From positions 365,617-429,616 of the forward strand of contig JAFQSD010000001.1 in NCBI GenBank assembly GCA_017409785.1: DNA of 64,000 nucleotides. The letters are read 5' to 3'. The notes under the pieces are model-generated. The model was not told the DNA's origin and did not search any database. It saw nothing but the letters and a program-made list of their open reading frames with translations. Made by a program: the position numbers and the translations under genes. Within the stretch, counting starts at the first letter, position 1; each line of letters starts with the position of its first letter. The stretch comes from Bacilli bacterium. GTDB taxonomy: Bacteria > Bacillota_I > Bacilli_A > RF39 > UBA660. Positions 20,531 through 30,256 of this stretch are shown piece by piece.

Positions 20531-22050
20531 TATGATCTCTCCTTTAATATTGTTAGTGGCGAAAACCTTTGAATACTTACCATTGTACTAATACCACTAA
20601 TAACAGTAATTAACATACCAAGTGCAAGTAATTCTCCTAAAACTTTAAAATCAACTACAGCATTTATACTATCAAACACTTGAACTGTTGTAACTCCGTT
20701 AAATTTATCAAGATTACCCGGCATTTTATTGCCTCTATTTTCTTGTCCACTATCAGGTCTTTCTCCCATATTACCCTTACCAAAATTACCTTGAATATTA
20801 GACATTTCTTCTTGACTTGAAGTAATTTCATTCTCAAGCAAACTATTAGATACAGGAACACTAATGATAGAACCAATTCCAGCACCCAATAATAAGAAAA
20901 CAAAAGCCACAATTATTAACTCAGATAAAAATTGCATCGAAACTGCCATCTTTTTCATACCAATTGTTCTAAGTACACCGATTTCATATTTTCTTTCTCT
21001 AATATTAATCATATTAATTACTAGTAATACAACTGTTCCAATGATTAAAGTAATCACTAAAAAAGTTACAGCAAAATTTTTAACATTTGATATGGTTTTA
21101 GTAGCACCTTCAACTTGATCTAAATTAGTTTCAACCATCAAGTTTTCGCTTAACCCTTTTTCAGTTAATTCACTACTAAAATTATCTACAACTTCATCAC
21201 TAGTCAAAACAAAAGTTGGACTAGTTGAAACAACTAAATCACTATTAGCAGTCATCATCTTAGCTAAAACATTACTATTTGTAATAATAGTATTAACAGA
21301 ATCACTAAACATTGACATAGTATTACTATCTTCATTAGCTTCTTCAAAAATACCAGTTACAGTAAGTTCATATGTTTTACTATCATCCTCAGCATCAATA
21401 ATAGTAATAGTATCACCTACACTCATTTCATTTAATGTTGCTAGTTCACTATTAATAATACAATCCATTGAATCAAAATCTTCAGATACTTCTCCTGATG
21501 ATATTTTATACCTTCCATCAATAAATTCATTCATAGCTTCTATTGAAGAATAACCTTTAATTGTAAAATCACCACTTGTGGCATTAGTAAAATTCATTCC
21601 ACCACCCATGCCACCACGTCCTCCACCAGGAAAACCTCTATCATTGCCTTCGCTACTTGAACTAGCAGAAGCTGCTTCTAGATCCTCGGCATTAACACCA
21701 GTACTAATAGTATAATAATAACTTTTTACATATTTACTATCAGCATATTTTTCAATATCTTCTATACTAATTTTGCTAGCACTAGAAAACTTATTCATCA
21801 TATCTTCGCGAGAATTATCTTTGTTATTAGGATCAAACTCTCCCATCATATTCTCCCTATTAACCCCAAGTGTCGCTAAAACCTCATATTTGTTCTTATA
21901 AGATTCAATTAAACTATTAGAAGAATTATTTATAGCTAAAGTTACAGAAGAACTGCAAGCAATAACTAAAATAATTATTCCAATCAATAAATTTCTTCCT
22001 TTGTTTCTCCAAATAGAAACAAGCGCATTTTTTAAAATATACATTTTCAT
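20530..22050 (-). CDS. FtsX-like ABC transporter permease
   Basis: N-terminal TM helix, a large extracytoplasmic domain with Gly-rich low complexity (GGGRGGMGGGM), and a C-terminal FtsX TM bundle with EIGVLRTIGMKK. Confidence 0.8.
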   Translation of the reverse strand: MKMYILKNALVSIWRNKGRNLLIGIIILVIACSSSVTLAINNSSNSLIESYKNKYEVLATLGVNRENMMGEFDPNNKDNSREDMMNKFSSASKISIEDIEKYADSKYVKSYYYTISTGVNAEDLEAASASSSSEGNDRGFPGGGRGGMGGGMNFTNATSGDFTIKGYSSIEAMNEFIDGRYKISSGEVSEDFDSMDCIINSELATLNEMSVGDTITIIDAEDDSKTYELTVTGIFEEANEDSNTMSMFSDSVNTIITNSNVLAKMMTANSDLVVSTSPTFVLTSDEVVDNFSSELTEKGLSENLMVETNLDQVEGATKTISNVKNFAVTFLVITLIIGTVVLLVINMINIRERKYEIGVLRTIGMKKMAVSMQFLSELIIVAFVFLLLGAGIGSIISVPVSNSLLENEITSSQEEMSNIQGNFGKGNMGERPDSGQENRGNKMPGNLDKFNGVTTVQVFDSINAVVDFKVLGELLALGMLITVISGISTMVSIQRFSPLTILKERS

Positions 22051-22113
22051 CTTCTCCTCACGTTACTAAATATAATCCAGAAATATGAAATTAGTGTGAA
22101 AAAATAAAATATT

Positions 22114-22141
22114 TTAAAAAAAGTATTCGACACCGAATACT
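22114..22141 (-). terminator. Rho-independent terminator
   Basis: agtattcg-acac-cgaatact hairpin overlapping the TAG stop, with a T-run on the minus strand. Confidence 0.65.
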
Positions 22142-22976
22142 ATTTTTTTACATCATATCTTCCTTTATCAAACATTTGCCAAGGAGCATACTTTTTTCCT
22201 TCAGTATGACCACTAATCGCAAATGTCTTAAAACCACTCGCTAAAAGTTCATCTTCTTTTTTCTCTAATCTTTTTAATAATTTCTCTAATACATGTTGCC
22301 ATATAAAATCAGGTATTTCTTCATAAGTAGTAGGTATTTCCTTTTCAAATTCTGCTTCATTATAACCTACCGATTTCAAAAAATTAACTCTTTCTTCTCT
22401 TGTTCTAAGATATTCCTCATTACTAATTAAAAAAGTTCTATATTCTTTAAAATTATCAATACCTAGCCCTCTTAATTTAAACCACGGAATCATATATCTT
22501 TCATGACAACAAATACTTTTAGATACTTCTCTGCCATCAAATCCTTTACTAACTGCGTCAATGTATACACAAGTACCAACTTCTACACCAACAGAAATTC
22601 CTGCATATCTTTCATATCTATTACTATTAGTTGTATCAACGTTAAATAAAACTAATACACCGTCAGGATCAGCCTCTTTAATTTTAATCATTGTTTCATA
22701 AAAATCTTCTTTACGACCACTATTTTCAATTTCTAAAATTTTTTTACCTTTTAAAGTATCAACTCTATTACTATCAAGAGTATCTATATAGTCTTTATTA
22801 GCATTATAATCATCGATTGACTCAATAATAGTTAAGTTTTTAATTGGACTAATTTCCGGAAAATAAATTAGTAAATTAAGCATATCACTAGTTCTATAAT
22901 ACTTAAGCATTTTATCAATATCATTTTTGTTATTCATTGATAACATAAAACCACCATCCTTCATCAAGTATATCAT
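22140..22976 (-). CDS. Hypothetical protein
   Basis: Long ORF with no recognisable motif. The real start is probably ATG 22946. Confidence 0.5.
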   Translation of the reverse strand: MIYLMKDGGFMLSMNNKNDIDKMLKYYRTSDMLNLLIYFPEISPIKNLTIIESIDDYNANKDYIDTLDSNRVDTLKGKKILEIENSGRKEDFYETMIKIKEADPDGVLVLFNVDTTNSNRYERYAGISVGVEVGTCVYIDAVSKGFDGREVSKSICCHERYMIPWFKLRGLGIDNFKEYRTFLISNEEYLRTREERVNFLKSVGYNEAEFEKEIPTTYEEIPDFIWQHVLEKLLKRLEKKEDELLASGFKTFAISGHTEGKKYAPWQMFDKGRYDVKK

Positions 22977-23004
22977 AAAATAAAAGAAGAAACTAACAGC
23001 AATA

Positions 23005-23454
23005 TTAGTTCCTTCTAGTTCTCATAAAAGTTAAGATATCTTCAGTATGTGGAGCATATGCCTCATACCAAATAGCAGCATCAATCATTTTTTCACCAAT
23101 ACCTTTTCCATTATCTAAAAACATATCATAACTTACTCTATTCATAATAGGTTCTAAATAAGGAAATTCACCATAAAGTGGTTCTACTAAATCATAAGCA
23201 CTTGCTAAAGTAATTAAGTCTTGATTATCAACGCATCCGCTATATTGTTGCCCATAAATATATTCTTCATGAAACACTTGTTTTTTATCAACATATATAT
23301 CAAAAGTTTTAATAGAAGATTGATCATCACTTGCATTTAAAGATCCACCTGTAACAAGAACTACATCTCCTTTTTCATAATTTTTTAGTGTTACAGCTAA
23401 GCCATTTACTAATTGAGTTCTAGAAACATAAATAATACCACTATTTTTTTCCAC
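23005..23454 (-). CDS. Hypothetical protein
   Basis: ORF with an AGGAG SD 8 nt upstream of GTG 23454. No motif. Confidence 0.45.
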   Translation of the reverse strand: MEKNSGIIYVSRTQLVNGLAVTLKNYEKGDVVLVTGGSLNASDDQSSIKTFDIYVDKKQVFHEEYIYGQQYSGCVDNQDLITLASAYDLVEPLYGEFPYLEPIMNRVSYDMFLDNGKGIGEKMIDAAIWYEAYAPHTEDILTFMRTRRN

Positions 23455-23515
23455 GTATATCACTCCTAAACATCGCTTATTATATCATATTACTAAAAAA
23501 GAGTAAAATAACTTT

Positions 23516-24136
23516 TTACCCATTTTGGTTTTCACTAAAACATTCCTTACCATAATATAAAGTTCTAAGTTTATCTAATCCTAAGTCATCATATTTAAAA
23601 TCAAAACCATAACTGTTTAATTCATCAATTAATTTTTTTCTTTGCTCATCAATTGGTAAATGATAGTAATCTGGATTATCATAATAAACAAGTAGACCTA
23701 TACCTTCAATATCTTGTAATTGAATTCTACTTTTCATTCCTTCAATAGAATATTGATAATCTTTCTTTTTAGTATCAAATACTTTTTTCCAATAATATTT
23801 CTTAAATTTTTCTTCAAATTCAGGTAATGCTTCCATTGGACACATAAAAGAATTTTCTGCTAAGTTATCAAAGATTAAATAATTTTGAAATCCAGAATTA
23901 GTAAATGAATTTCTTCTTAAAAATCTCTTTTTAACACTTCTACTACATCTAAATCTTACACAATTTCTTTTAATTTCATTTTCACTCATACCCTCAAAAT
24001 CTTTATTTGACCAATAACGATCCCAAGTTTCACAATTAAAAACATTTTTAAAACCATGATCAATTAACATATTATGATAATACGCTAAATCTTTATCAAG
24101 TTTAAATCCAACTTCTAAAATGTTACTTTTTTCCAT
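23516..24136 (-). CDS. Hypothetical protein, possibly CYTH-like (triphosphate tunnel / CyaB-like) fold
   Basis: ILEVGFKL at the N-terminus, ETWDRYW and VRFRCS resemble the EXEXK, DTYF and LRIR strands of CYTH proteins. Judged by eye only. Confidence 0.35.
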   Translation of the reverse strand: MEKSNILEVGFKLDKDLAYYHNMLIDHGFKNVFNCETWDRYWSNKDFEGMSENEIKRNCVRFRCSRSVKKRFLRRNSFTNSGFQNYLIFDNLAENSFMCPMEALPEFEEKFKKYYWKKVFDTKKKDYQYSIEGMKSRIQLQDIEGIGLLVYYDNPDYYHLPIDEQRKKLIDELNSYGFDFKYDDLGLDKLRTLYYGKECFSENQNG

Positions 24137-24139
24137 AAA

Positions 24140-24685
24140 CTACTCCTTTAAAATAATTTCATATGGATGTTCCATACGATATTTTTTCTTTTCTTCATAT
24201 GTCATTTCAATTACTTCTTCTGCAATATCTATATGTAAAACTCCATTTAAATGATCAAACTCATGACTAAATACAGTTGCCTCAAACCCCTCTAAAATGG
24301 TTTTTGTTTTCTTACCATCTTTATCATAGTATTCTACTTCTAATAAATATGGTCTTTCAACTACACCAACTAAATCCATACAACTTTCACAGCCCTCTAA
24401 AAATTTAGTCTTTCCTACTCTTTTAGTTATTACTGGATTAATATAAATTCTTTCTTCATCATAAAGAGAATTTTCATTATTCTCCATATCAGGTTTAGTG
24501 TTTTTCATATAAATAAGTCTCTTAGGAATACCAATTTGTACAGGAGCCATCGCATAAACAACATTTTCTCTACAATATTCTTTTAACTTATTTATATAAT
24601 CATTATAATCATCATTTTCAAAATCAACATCACTAGATACTTGTCTTAAAAAATCTAAATCATTTTCAATAGTTTTTCTAATCAT
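24140..24685 (-). CDS. def: Peptide deformylase (divergent paralog)
   Basis: EGCES (motif 2) and HEFDHLNG (motif 3) are present. Motif 1 is reduced to YAMAPVQIG. Confidence 0.75.
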   Translation of the reverse strand: MIRKTIENDLDFLRQVSSDVDFENDDYNDYINKLKEYCRENVVYAMAPVQIGIPKRLIYMKNTKPDMENNENSLYDEERIYINPVITKRVGKTKFLEGCESCMDLVGVVERPYLLEVEYYDKDGKKTKTILEGFEATVFSHEFDHLNGVLHIDIAEEVIEMTYEEKKKYRMEHPYEIILKE

Positions 24686-24687
24686 AA

Positions 24688-25419
24688 TTATTCTCCTTTA
24701 TAAAGTTTCTCAAAAATCAAAGAGAATTCCCCATCTAATGTATAATCAGCTTTAACAAAATAATCTACTACATGTACATCTTGTGCTGATTTATAAGATT
24801 CACTTTCTTCATCTAAATAAACAAATATCGATTTACCACCATATTCTCTAACAAATTCCATTGCATATAAATCAGTTAAACCATCACCAACATAAACAAC
24901 ATCACTCGCATCATTCTCATCATAATTATTCGCTTTTATGATATTCTTAATAACTTCAACTTTTCTTCTATCACTCATTAGAAAATCCGTCTCAATAGCA
25001 CTACCATTTTCATCATATTTAAAAGTAGTCGCATATATTTCTTCAAAATATTTACTAACGTCTGTTCCCTCTAAAAAATCTTTTGAGCTTGAACTAACTA
25101 AATAATTAGAAACATTGTACTCTTTAGTTCTATCAAAGAAATCTAAAACCCCTAGATTATATTCTAAGTCTTTTGCTCCTAATCTAAAATTTTCTTTAGT
25201 AGTTGGAACATTATTTTCCCTTAAAACTTCAAGTAACACTTCATAACAAGCACTATATACATCTAAATTTTTAGATAGTCTTCTTTCTCTAACCAAAGCC
25301 ATAAATTTAGGATCCATCATTCCATCAGGAAAACCGCAATCCTTTAATACGCCTACTTTACTAATAGGATATGGAGTCAATGTCCCATCAAAATCATAAA
25401 TAAATATTTTCTTATTCAT
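24688..25419 (-). CDS. HAD-superfamily hydrolase
   Basis: DFDGTLT (DxDxT) motif I and a late GDGLTD motif. Confidence 0.75.
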   Translation of the reverse strand: MNKKIFIYDFDGTLTPYPISKVGVLKDCGFPDGMMDPKFMALVRERRLSKNLDVYSACYEVLLEVLRENNVPTTKENFRLGAKDLEYNLGVLDFFDRTKEYNVSNYLVSSSSKDFLEGTDVSKYFEEIYATTFKYDENGSAIETDFLMSDRRKVEVIKNIIKANNYDENDASDVVYVGDGLTDLYAMEFVREYGGKSIFVYLDEESESYKSAQDVHVVDYFVKADYTLDGEFSLIFEKLYKGE

Positions 25420-25499
25420 AAATCATCATCCTTAAAATCATTATATCAAAACAAAATAAAAACATCTACTCTCGATTACGATTTCAATGTCTATGTTTA

Positions 25500-26066
25500 T
25501 TAAATTAAATCAGTTTCAAAAAATTCATCAATTACTTCTATCATATCTGAACTAGTATCAATAAAAGGAATATCTAACTCTTCACATTCTTCTTGTATCT
25601 TTTTACTAATACTAATTAATTTTTCAATAATAGAAAGTAATTCTTCATCGTTTCTTCTTGATGTCCAATCCGTTTTATCATCGTACTTTCTAATTGTAGA
25701 AAACTTAGTAAATTTTGATATATTCGGATAACCAATAAAATATATATCCCATTTATCTCTATCAAGATAAGGAACAACATCTTTTGGCATAACATGTGCC
25801 GAATCTACTATGAATTTTTCATCTTTACTTTCCATAATTCTAGCTATAGTTGATAAAAGTAAAGCTACTCTCTCACTACTATCTCCAATAACAACACTAC
25901 TACTAATATTGCATTCTGGAAAATTATTTTTTAATGATGAAGTTACATAATCAAGTGGGAAATGATTATATTTATTTCTACTACATAATCTCTTAGAAAA
26001 AGTACTTTTCCCTGATCTTGCTACTCCACCAACAAATACATTTTTATAACTTGAACCTTCGTTCAT
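25500..26066 (-). CDS. P-loop NTPase / kinase-like protein
   Basis: Walker A GGVARSGKST in a protein of about 190 aa. Confidence 0.6.
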   Translation of the reverse strand: MNEGSSYKNVFVGGVARSGKSTFSKRLCSRNKYNHFPLDYVTSSLKNNFPECNISSSVVIGDSSERVALLLSTIARIMESKDEKFIVDSAHVMPKDVVPYLDRDKWDIYFIGYPNISKFTKFSTIRKYDDKTDWTSRRNDEELLSIIEKLISISKKIQEECEELDIPFIDTSSDMIEVIDEFFETDLI

Positions 26067-26109
26067 ACTACTTCCTCCTAATAAATATTAGTAAACTAAT
26101 TATAACACA

Positions 26110-26139
26110 TAAAAATAAAAGAGTATATCAATACTCTTT
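26110..26139 (-). terminator. Rho-independent terminator
   Basis: aaagagtat-atca-atactcttt hairpin plus a T-rich tail on the minus strand. Confidence 0.6.
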
Positions 26140-26141
26140 TA

Positions 26142-26558
26142 TTACTTCTTTATTAGTTGTAAAGTCTTTTCATCTTTTTGGCCATTATAAAATTTTTCGA
26201 TTACTTCACTAAACACATTTTCATCATCAGAAACATAATCAAATAAAGTCATACATGAATTAAGTTTAAGTGCATCAATATCACCAAATACATCTACAGG
26301 ATCATCAGTATCTAATTCTAAAAGTTCTTTAGAGATTTCTACTAATCGCGGACCTAAAACTTCATGTTCTAAATATAATTTAGCTTCACCAATATCATTA
26401 ATTGAATAAAATATTGCTGTGTCGCTCATGCCAAGGCCAAGTATTTGTGGGAAAATAAACCACATCCAATGTGATTCCTTTCTACCACTTTTAACCTCTT
26501 CCAATGCTCTTTCATAGCAGTGCTCTTGTGCACTTACAAATCTATCCAAATTCATCAT
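26142..26558 (-). CDS. DUF1810 domain protein
   Basis: LDRFVSAQEHCYERALEEVKSGRKESHWMWFIFPQ is the family signature. Confidence 0.75.
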   Translation of the reverse strand: MMNLDRFVSAQEHCYERALEEVKSGRKESHWMWFIFPQILGLGMSDTAIFYSINDIGEAKLYLEHEVLGPRLVEISKELLELDTDDPVDVFGDIDALKLNSCMTLFDYVSDDENVFSEVIEKFYNGQKDEKTLQLIKK

Positions 26559-26568
26559 AAAATCACCT

Positions 26569-27165
26569 CTAACTATTTAGATTAGTAATTCTAGTATTTA
26601 AGACTTTAATAAATCTCTTACTAAGTTCTTGCTTTTTCATAGTTTCTCTTTTAGTTTCTTCTTCATACGCTTTCTTTAAATAAGTCATTCCTTCATAAAC
26701 ACTTCTAGGCTTAACAATAACATCAACAAATTGAATTCCGTAAGGACTAAACTCTAATAAATTTTGAGCCATAGAAGACATCGTCATAATAGTATGACCT
26801 TGCTTAGAAATTAATTCTCTAACTTCATCCCATGAACCACCGTTTGATAATAGTTCCATCATCTCAACTGTTGCATCGAAAATTCCCGCTTCATATAACC
26901 AACCAGCATCACTCATTCCAGGAATTGCATCTACTAAAGCTTGAACTCTATTAAACCAATTATCCAACTCTTCTTCTTTACAATAAATACCATATTCTTG
27001 TAATTTTTTAATATAATTGTCACTTGTCATACTATAGAATTTACCATTCTTAGTTAAAAATAAATCTTGTGACAGTCTCATAGAACGTAATGCATTTTCT
27101 TTAGTTGGTGCAGTAATTTTGTCAACATATTCTTGTGCTTTTCTTTCTCTTTCCTCTTTTGTCAT
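26569..27165 (-). CDS. Hypothetical protein
   Basis: ORF only. No motif. Confidence 0.5.
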   Translation of the reverse strand: MTKEERERKAQEYVDKITAPTKENALRSMRLSQDLFLTKNGKFYSMTSDNYIKKLQEYGIYCKEEELDNWFNRVQALVDAIPGMSDAGWLYEAGIFDATVEMMELLSNGGSWDEVRELISKQGHTIMTMSSMAQNLLEFSPYGIQFVDVIVKPRSVYEGMTYLKKAYEEETKRETMKKQELSKRFIKVLNTRITNLNS

Positions 27166-27168
27166 AAC

Positions 27169-27669
27169 TTACATCCTCTTAACAAGACTTTTAAACTTCT
27201 CATCTGACAAAACTGTATCTAAAGATGTTATAGATGGATAAACACTTTCACCAGTACCATAATGTATAGCAATACCATGTTGACTATCCCAATCATCCAA
27301 ATTACTATTACTATCTTCAACTAAAACATTCCCAAACGCATCAACAATTTTGCTTTTTGGAACTCCATCCGGAACAATAACAACATTGTTTCTAACCCCA
27401 TTTTCTCTAAAATAATTTAGTTTAGCTCTAGCTTCATCTAATGAATGAACTCTTGTTAAAATCTCTACAAACCTAGGATCATAATTTTTCAATAAATAAA
27501 CCGCATCATTTAAAACATCCGCTTGCCAAATCCAACTTTCCCAATCCATATCATGTAAATATTGTCTTTTCTTAAGTTCAGGATTAACTTTCTTTAATTC
27601 ATGATATTCATCAAATAATCCAGTTTCAGTATCTAAAATAACTCCATCACAATCGATATATTTAATCAT
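27169..27669 (-). CDS. HAD-like nucleotidase/phosphatase
   Basis: IDCDGVILDT N-terminal DxDG motif in a protein of about 165 aa. Confidence 0.55.
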   Translation of the reverse strand: MIKYIDCDGVILDTETGLFDEYHELKKVNPELKKRQYLHDMDWESWIWQADVLNDAVYLLKNYDPRFVEILTRVHSLDEARAKLNYFRENGVRNNVVIVPDGVPKSKIVDAFGNVLVEDSNSNLDDWDSQHGIAIHYGTGESVYPSITSLDTVLSDEKFKSLVKRM

Positions 27670-27799
27670 ACAAACCCTCCAATATAAAATATATTATACA
27701 AAAAAATCTCTATTAATAAAAGAAAAAGTTAGTTTTGAAATCCTTCATCAAAAAATCTAACATCTTTCATTGGCATCACCTCATAAAGAAATTATAGCA

Positions 27800-27824
27800 C
27801 AAAAAAAGATTAGTAAAACTAATC
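27800..27824 (-). terminator. Rho-independent terminator
   Basis: gattagt-aaa-actaatc hairpin plus 7 T on the minus strand. Confidence 0.6.
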
Positions 27825-27826
27825 AT

Positions 27827-28402
27827 TTATTTTCTTAACAAAACCTTTGCCGCCTCATAATGTGGCTTAATAAGCTCTTTACCTTTATCTGATAGTTTAA
27901 CAAAACTTCTTTCAAGCTTATTTGCCACAAATTCTGCTCCATCATCAATAGATAAACCTTTTTCTACATAAACCATTCTTAGAAGTGATGGTACACTATA
28001 AAAATGTGCCATTGCATCACTATCAGCAACGCAAACTTCTTCGGGAGTAGTTTTATCAACTAATCTACTACCTCTGTGATTTAAAATACATCTTTTAATT
28101 AAATCAAGTTCTTCTTCAGTTAACTCATATTTTTCTAAAATCTCATCAGCAATTCTAGCACCAATAATATGATGTTCCTCAGTAAAATCCTTATTAGTAA
28201 CAGATGCAACATCATGTAATAGTGCCGCTAATGCCACAATATTATAATTAGCTCCATATTCATTCGCATTCGCAGTCGCGATCTTATAAACTAATTCAAT
28301 ATGATGATCCCAAGCACCTATTCCATAAGCATTACTAAGCATCATACATCTATTTTTAACTTCATTATAAACTTCATTAATAATTCTTTCCATCCAAACC
28401 AT
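27827..28402 (-). CDS. HD-domain phosphohydrolase
   Basis: H...LLHDV (HD) and a later DSD motif. Start is 28402 or 28393; the track's longer N-terminus is unlikely. Confidence 0.7.
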   Translation of the reverse strand: MVWMERIINEVYNEVKNRCMMLSNAYGIGAWDHHIELVYKIATANANEYGANYNIVALAALLHDVASVTNKDFTEEHHIIGARIADEILEKYELTEEELDLIKRCILNHRGSRLVDKTTPEEVCVADSDAMAHFYSVPSLLRMVYVEKGLSIDDGAEFVANKLERSFVKLSDKGKELIKPHYEAAKVLLRK

Positions 28403-28493
28403 CCCATTCAATTTACTGTAAATAGTATAACATAAAATAAAGAAAATAAATATCAAATTAAAATTATGTTATAATAAAGATGAGGTGTATAAT

Positions 28494-29021
28494 ATGAAAA
28501 CAAAATTCTTAGATAGTTGTTACAAAGTATCAGCACTATCAACATGTATATTAAATAAAGAGCCAAATCCAGACTACTTATATGGTGCAACATCACAAGT
28601 ACAAATTACTGATAATCTAACAGCTATAACCAAATACGAACCATTACTTTCTGATTATATTTCACCATATGATTATGAATTTCATGTATTTTCAATAGAT
28701 TTTATAAGAAATGGTGAATTTCTTCATGGATTTGCTTATGAAAGAAAAATAAATAAAAAATTAAATGGTAGTCTTGCAAATCCAGAACTTCCATTAGAAG
28801 TAAAACTTAATACATTAAAAACTCTAAATCCTGGATTAAGAGGAAAATTTCAAAGTTTAACAACAACCTCTTTATTAACACCAGAAGAAGAAAAAGCACT
28901 TATTGCTAAAGGAACAGAACTACAAGAAGAAGCTGAAAGAAAACTTGAACTTGAAACTTGTTTGTCTGAAAGCAAACAACCCCAAGAAGAAAAATCACAT
29001 CAAAAACAAAAAACATCATAA
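28494..29021 (+). CDS. Hypothetical protein
   Basis: ATG 28494 has a GAGGTG SD. No motif. Charged C-terminus. Confidence 0.45.
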   Translation: MKTKFLDSCYKVSALSTCILNKEPNPDYLYGATSQVQITDNLTAITKYEPLLSDYISPYDYEFHVFSIDFIRNGEFLHGFAYERKINKKLNGSLANPELPLEVKLNTLKTLNPGLRGKFQSLTTTSLLTPEEEKALIAKGTELQEEAERKLELETCLSESKQPQEEKSHQKQKTS

Positions 29022-29030
29022 GATGTTTTT

Positions 29031-29549
29031 TTATTTACCAAAAGTATCAACACTAGTTTTATATTTCTTTTTTAATTTATCTACACTTCTAATTTCAACT
29101 ATAAAGTCAGGTAAAGCATCTGGAGCAGAACTACCATCTTCTAATCTCATTCCCGGTTCTTTATCCCACTCTACTAAGTTAATTTCAACTTCATAAAACC
29201 CTTTTTCTAAATCTAATTCAATTACTTCATTTTCAAAAACAATATTATCAATCAATTCAATACCCGATAAATATGTTTTACCACTTGCTTCAAACAAGTA
29301 AGTACCAGAATTAGCCGAAACATATTTCTTTTCACGTTTATCTAGTTTTTCATTAATCTTAACTCTAAATTGAAACTCACCGTTTGTATGAACATGAATT
29401 GGAACAAACTTATTTAATTTAACATGTTTTTCAATATCTTCTAAATTATTAAAAGTATTTTCAAATTCTTCAATAGAAGTAATATTTTTAAAATGTTCAT
29501 AATCCCATAATGTCCACATCCCACGATGTGTAAATAATGACTTATCCAT
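29031..29549 (-). CDS. Hypothetical protein
   Basis: ORF only. No motif. Confidence 0.5.
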   Translation of the reverse strand: MDKSLFTHRGMWTLWDYEHFKNITSIEEFENTFNNLEDIEKHVKLNKFVPIHVHTNGEFQFRVKINEKLDKREKKYVSANSGTYLFEASGKTYLSGIELIDNIVFENEVIELDLEKGFYEVEINLVEWDKEPGMRLEDGSSAPDALPDFIVEIRSVDKLKKKYKTSVDTFGK

Positions 29550-29557
29550 AAATCCTC

Positions 29558-30250
29558 CTAATTAATTCTTTTATTTAAATATAATGCATAACAAATAGGA
29601 ATAATTGTTAAACATAAAGGTGATACAACAGCAGTAAAACTATTATCAACTGCAAATACTGATAAAGCATTTACTACTGAATGTGTAATAATACATGGCC
29701 ATAGACTCTTTCCTTTAACTAAAATAACTGCAAATAAATATCCAGTAGCTGTCGCATAGATAATTTGAATAAGTGTCGGAATAAAACTACTTCCATTTAA
29801 TAAGTTAATTATATGACCAACACCAAATGTTAATGAGGTAACAATTATCGCACTTTTTAAATTATCTTTAGCCATCATTCTAAATAAGAAACCTCTAAAA
29901 ATAATTTCTTCTAAAAAGCCTACAAATATCATTGAAATCATATAAAAAACTATTTCTAAAACAGAGTTTTCTATTCTTACTCCACCCCATAAATTTATAG
30001 ACATTAAAATAATAAGTGGAATAAAATATAAAAACTTTTTTGGCTTAGGAAACTTAGTTAAACCAAAATAATTACCTAATTTAAAAATAATTATAAATAA
30101 AATAATTAATAAAGAAAGCCCAATATTAACAGCCATAGTTTGCCAATCATACATTCCAAATTTATTTAAAAATATTGAATTAACAACCAAGTAAATTACT
30201 ATAAATAAAATACTAATTAAAGTCTCATTTTTCTTAAAAAATCCTTTCAT
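29558..30250 (-). CDS. CPBP-family intramembrane metalloprotease (CAAX protease-like)
   Basis: EEIIFRGF, FGVGH and HSVVN motifs in a polytopic membrane protein. Confidence 0.8.
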   Translation of the reverse strand: MKGFFKKNETLISILFIVIYLVVNSIFLNKFGMYDWQTMAVNIGLSLLIILFIIIFKLGNYFGLTKFPKPKKFLYFIPLIILMSINLWGGVRIENSVLEIVFYMISMIFVGFLEEIIFRGFLFRMMAKDNLKSAIIVTSLTFGVGHIINLLNGSSFIPTLIQIIYATATGYLFAVILVKGKSLWPCIITHSVVNALSVFAVDNSFTAVVSPLCLTIIPICYALYLNKRIN

Positions 30251-30256
30251 ATCACG

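Noticed and set aside
19944-21118. ORFs 19944..20252 (+), 20664..20912 (-, alternative frame) and 20864..21118 (+) within the ABC ATPase/permease genes
   Set aside because: They overlap strongly supported ABC transporter genes in antisense or shifted frames and have no independent signals. The same reasoning applies to 9473..9655, 10448..10630, 12690..12908, 16587..16787, 26018..26212, 28903..29196, 35573..35839, 54703..54885, 61218..61445 and 61571..61753.
27729-27770. 13-codon mini-ORF (MKDVRFFDEGFQN) with a GAGGTG SD between the HD-gene terminator and the HAD-like gene
   Set aside because: Same reasoning: plausible signals, but no way to support a 13-aa product from sequence alone.
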